From: a virus
IMG/VR virus record: IMGVR_UViG_3300044816_000011
Span: 4,154-68,153 of that record
DNA: 64,000 nucleotides
Reading direction: 5' to 3' (one strand)
Numbering within the stretch: position 1 is the first letter of the stretch; every line of letters begins with the position of its first letter. Both the position numbers and the translations under genes were made by a program. Positions 60,257 through 64,000 of the stretch are shown here, piece by piece. The notes beneath the pieces were generated by a model. It made no database searches, was not told where the DNA came from, and was given only the letters and a program-made list of their open reading frames with translations.

Positions 60257-61869
60257 TGATCGACATCACGCAGATAGATCGCAAGTTACAGTTGATCGAC
60301 CTGGAGAGGGCCGATTGCGAAGACTCGCTGTACGAATTCTTAAAAGCCGCGTGGCGTTATATTGATCCGAGTCCATGGAAGGACAGTTGGGCTATCGATG
60401 CCGTTGCCGAACATTTGCAAGCCGTGTGCGACGGAGAACTGCGTCGCCTAATTATTAATATCAGTCCTCGCTGCTCTAAGTCTAGTTTGGTATCAGTCGC
60501 GTTTCCAGCATGGACGTGGGCTCAGCCAAAAAATGGGCCGACGAGTGGGCCGGGAGTTCCTTTTCTATTTGCATCCTATGCAAACCAATTATCTTTGCGT
60601 GATTCGGTGAAATGTCGGAGGCTTATTGAATCACCGTTTTATCAAGAGCGATGGGGAAATCGCTTTTCGTTGACGTCCGATCAGAATACTAAAAGCCGAT
60701 TCAGCAACGATAAAGGCGGCGAGAGATTAATTACATCGATTGATGGCGCAACAACTGGCGAAGGGGCTCAGATACTCGTCTGTGACGACATAAATTCTGC
60801 CAATGAGGCATTCTCTGAAGCAACCATAAAATCCACTATTGATTGGTTCGATACAGTCGCCAGTACTCGATTGAACGATCCAAAAACTGGCGCGTACATT
60901 GTAATTCAGCAGCGTCTTGCTGAAGATGATATTACTGGACACATACTAGAAAAAAATACCGGCGAGTGGTGTCATTTGATGATTCCTATGAGATACGAAC
61001 CGGATCGTTCGTTCGTCACACAAATAGGATGGAAAGATCCTCGCACTATCCCTGGCGAGCTAATGTGGCCAGAGAGGTTTGGCGAAGCGGAAGTGGTAGC
61101 GCTTGAGACGGCATTAGGTCCAATGATTGCCAATGGACAATTGCAGCAACGACCTGAGCCCGCTGGCGGCGGCGTTATAAAAAGGGACTATTGGCAGTTA
61201 TGGGATAGAGAAACATTTGCGCCGATGGATTTTATATTGGCATCGCTTGATACGGCCTACACTATTAAAACAGCTAACGATTACAGCGCGATCACGATTT
61301 GGGGGGTTTTTTCATCTACTGGAGATTCGCAAGCAACGCGCATGATGGATAGAGATGGAAGGCCAATGTTCATTGATAGAAAATATAATGAAGGGGCGCC
61401 TAAAGTCATGATGATGCATGCATGGCGAGACAGATTGGAATTGCATCAGTTAGTTGAAAAGGTAGCGAAGACATGCACGTCATTGAAAGTGGATTTGTTA
61501 CTGATTGAGAACAAGGCTGCCGGTATTTCAGTCGGCCAAGAAATTAGACGCCTTTATAGTAATGAAAATTTTGGCGTGCAATTTTTCGATCCTAAAAGTC
61601 AGGATAAGTTATCTCGCCTATATTCAGTACAGCATCTATTTGCTGAGGGTATAATTTATGCGCCAGATAGAATTTGGAGCGAGATGGTTATCAGCGAAGT
61701 CTCGCAATTTCCATATTCTAAGCATGACGATTTAACTGATACGGTATCTCAAGCCCTTAGGCATCTTAGGGATAACGGACTGATAGCTCGTGCGCCAGAG
61801 CGTCTAGCGGAAATTGAATCACTTAAAACTTATCCTGGCCGAAGTGGAGATCCATTGTACCCAACGTAA
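60256..61869 (+). CDS. terL: terminase large subunit
   Basis: RLIINISPR..KS Walker A variant; TGEGA.ILVCDD; IQQRL..DD; QQRP; DTAY...NDYSA; IENKA.G; FP...HDD..D. Confidence 0.93.
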   Translation: MIDITQIDRKLQLIDLERADCEDSLYEFLKAAWRYIDPSPWKDSWAIDAVAEHLQAVCDGELRRLIINISPRCSKSSLVSVAFPAWTWAQPKNGPTSGPGVPFLFASYANQLSLRDSVKCRRLIESPFYQERWGNRFSLTSDQNTKSRFSNDKGGERLITSIDGATTGEGAQILVCDDINSANEAFSEATIKSTIDWFDTVASTRLNDPKTGAYIVIQQRLAEDDITGHILEKNTGEWCHLMIPMRYEPDRSFVTQIGWKDPRTIPGELMWPERFGEAEVVALETALGPMIANGQLQQRPEPAGGGVIKRDYWQLWDRETFAPMDFILASLDTAYTIKTANDYSAITIWGVFSSTGDSQATRMMDRDGRPMFIDRKYNEGAPKVMMMHAWRDRLELHQLVEKVAKTCTSLKVDLLLIENKAAGISVGQEIRRLYSNENFGVQFFDPKSQDKLSRLYSVQHLFAEGIIYAPDRIWSEMVISEVSQFPYSKHDDLTDTVSQALRHLRDNGLIARAPERLAEIESLKTYPGRSGDPLYPT

Positions 61870-61890
61870 TCCATGTGGTAAAATTCTCTC

Positions 61891-62517
61891 ATGGATACAC
61901 GGACGTGCAAAACATGCGAAAAGGAAAAATCTTTATCTGATAATTTCAGGCCCCACACGGTTAAGGGAAAGGTATATTTCGAATATGAATGCAGACGATG
62001 TACTGTAGACAAGGTCAATAAGAAACGTGCCGAAAATCCTGAAGAATTTCGGGCCGCAGAAAGAGCAAGATATGCCGCAAAACCGGAGAATTATCGCGCC
62101 AGATGTCGAAGAAATCGCTTAAATAGTAGAGAAAAAACAAGAAAAAGATCGAAGGAAAGGCGCACTGAGAATATAGATAAAGTCAGAGCGCAAAATAGGG
62201 CAATAGCAAAACGTTGGCGAGCCGCACATCCATTTGAAGCAAAACAGTGGTCTGCCAAACAACGCGCCATAAAAAGAAGTGTTAAGACGGGTCAGGTTAC
62301 CAAAAAACAAATCGACAATTTGCATCTAAAACAAAAAGGCAAATGCGCTATTTGTCGTAAGAAATTAACAACGAGACATATAGATCACATTATCCCTTTA
62401 TCGAAGGGAGGCGCTCATGAGATTCTGAATTTCCAGATTACATGTCCTGGATGCAACATGTCCAAGAAGGCCGAGCACCCAATTGACTACATGCAGAAAT
62501 TAGGATACTTGCTTTAA
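61891..62517 (+). CDS. HNH endonuclease
   Basis: N-terminal CxxC; CAIC...HIDHIIPLSKGG.H...N.Q..C..CN..K; AT-rich. Confidence 0.88.
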   Translation: MDTRTCKTCEKEKSLSDNFRPHTVKGKVYFEYECRRCTVDKVNKKRAENPEEFRAAERARYAAKPENYRARCRRNRLNSREKTRKRSKERRTENIDKVRAQNRAIAKRWRAAHPFEAKQWSAKQRAIKRSVKTGQVTKKQIDNLHLKQKGKCAICRKKLTTRHIDHIIPLSKGGAHEILNFQITCPGCNMSKKAEHPIDYMQKLGYLL

Positions 62518-62539
62518 TTTGGTGTATCGTTGCAAGACG

Positions 62540-62776
62540 ATGACAATAGTCAAGCCCTCCGATTGCATGGTACTTTGCGACGCGACTGTCGACATGATCT
62601 CGCGTGCGCAGCGTCCGTATCAGTTCCGGGTGACGGTAACGGGCAAGCCGCCGCATGCGCAGCGGCGGACGTATGATATTGGCGCAGTGTCGGATGACGC
62701 CGCGGCACATGAAGGGATAGACCGGTTTGTGCATGAGATGTCTAGTCCGATGCGGATTCTGGACGCATTGCGTTGA
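62540..62776 (+). CDS. hypothetical protein
   Basis: Between the HNH and the portal; TTGA coupling to the portal. Confidence 0.5.
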   Translation: MTIVKPSDCMVLCDATVDMISRAQRPYQFRVTVTGKPPHAQRRTYDIGAVSDDAAAHEGIDRFVHEMSSPMRILDALR

Positions 62777-64000
62777 GCGCCGTCCCAGGTCTCGGCAATG
62801 CCAACCTCCGAATCCCGGGACCTCCCGACGCTGACCTGCCCGATCCGGCGAACGTCGTCGTCCAGATGATCGAGGACGAGGACGATCAACCGGATATCGA
62901 CGAGAAAGGGAACATCCTCCGGATCACGCACGGCGACGGCGCGGTCACGCTAGCGCTGGACGGTAAACCGATATCGCAAGCGGCGGCGAACGACGGTCCG
63001 CTTGAGTGGTTCGGTAACCTGGTCGATAAGATCGATGAGGGAGAACTGTACCGGATCGCGGACGATTTGCTGCGAGGCGTCGATCAGGACATCACGTCCC
63101 GGCGCGAGTGGATCGAGGACCGGGCGCTTGGCATCAAACTGCTGGGGCTCAAGATCGAACTGCCGAACGTCCAGGGCGCGAGCGATGGCGCCCCCGTTGA
63201 GGGGATGTCGAAGGTTCGTCACCCGTTATTGCTTGAGGCGGTCCTACGGTTCCAGGCGAACGCTCGCTCCGAATTGCTGCCGACCGATGGGCCGGTAAAA
63301 ATCCGCAACGACGACAATGACGCCACGCTAAAAGAGGATCAGCTCGCGAACGACTACGAACGCGATATGAATCACTATTTGACGGCGGTTGCGACTGAGT
63401 ACTATCCGGATACCGATCGCATGCTGCTGATGCTGGGATTCGGTGGCACGACGTTTAAAAAAGTGTACTTCTGCCCGCTGCGAAACCGGCCGGTATCGGA
63501 ATCGGTCGATGCGGACGATATCATCGTGAATCAGTCGGCCGTGAACCTTGCGAATGCTCGGCGGATCACTCACCGGACGTATCTACGACCATCGACGGTC
63601 AAGCGACTCCAGATTCTGGGCGTATATCGCGAAACGGATCTGTCGGATCCGATCCAGTCGCAGCCGGACGCAGTGCAAGCCGAGGAAAAAGCGCAGCAGG
63701 GCCTGACGGCAAATAACTTCATGCCAGATGAGCGGGATCGGGAGATCTACGAAATCTGCTGCGAACTCGATATCCGGGGATTTGAGCACAAGCACGAAGG
63801 CAAGGAATCGGGATTAGAAATACCGTACGTCGTCACGATTGACGTATCTTCGCGAAAAGTCCTGTCGATTACGCGCAATTTCGACGAAGACGACCAGTCG
63901 CTACCGATGGCGCGCACGCGCTATATAAAGTATACGTTCGTGCCGGGGTTTGGATTCTACGACATCGGCTTGCTGCATATCCTCGGCAATACCACGAACG
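62773..64000 (+). CDS. portal protein (5' part; runs off the window)
   Basis: Open frame to the window end, absent from the ORF track; WF.NLV..I, SR..W, HPLLLEAVLRFQANARSELLP.DGPVK, G..FKKVY, PY.VTID, GFY..GL.H.LG. Confidence 0.88.
   Translation, partial: MSAVPGLGNANLRIPGPPDADLPDPANVVVQMIEDEDDQPDIDEKGNILRITHGDGAVTLALDGKPISQAAANDGPLEWFGNLVDKIDEGELYRIADDLLRGVDQDITSRREWIEDRALGIKLLGLKIELPNVQGASDGAPVEGMSKVRHPLLLEAVLRFQANARSELLPTDGPVKIRNDDNDATLKEDQLANDYERDMNHYLTAVATEYYPDTDRMLLMLGFGGTTFKKVYFCPLRNRPVSESVDADDIIVNQSAVNLANARRITHRTYLRPSTVKRLQILGVYRETDLSDPIQSQPDAVQAEEKAQQGLTANNFMPDERDREIYEICCELDIRGFEHKHEGKESGLEIPYVVTIDVSSRKVLSITRNFDEDDQSLPMARTRYIKYTFVPGFGFYDIGLLHILGNTTN

Noticed and set aside
62950-63795. 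Short ORFs listed near the window end
   Set aside because: They overlap the portal reading frame, which the track missed because it has no stop inside the window

Overview
The window is most of one tailed dsDNA phage genome (Caudoviricetes). It looks podovirus-like, because no tape measure, tube or sheath gene is recognisable, while a tail-stabilisation gene and large ejection-protein genes are present. The host is probably a Gram-negative proteobacterium (lambda-R-type endolysin, lipoprotein, O-acetyltransferase, IHF-consensus site). Order: head genes (1-3.4 kb); fibre/adhesin genes interleaved with glycosyltransferases and a methyltransferase (3.4-19.2 kb); lysis/membrane genes (19.2-22.2 kb); tail and ejection genes (22.3-37.8 kb); a leftward early/accessory arm (37.8-47.1 kb); a rightward DNA metabolism/replication arm (47.3-57.3 kb); an AT-rich origin-like region; TerS, TerL and the 5' part of the portal, which runs off the end. 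No integrase, DNA polymerase, tRNA, CRISPR array or reverse transcriptase was recognised. Main leads: (1) a recurring x-x-x-Gly-Gly motif shared by four putative capsid-internal proteins, which brackets an inserted Nudix domain; (2) fibre genes coupled to glycosylation/methylation enzymes; (3) small early proteins ending in mimics of the host FtsZ and SSB C-terminal motifs; (4) a ~81 x 12-nt coding repeat in a DUF6745-like gene; (5) a putative leaderless membrane-protein/O-acetyltransferase operon. All family assignments come from motif recognition by eye, not from database searches.
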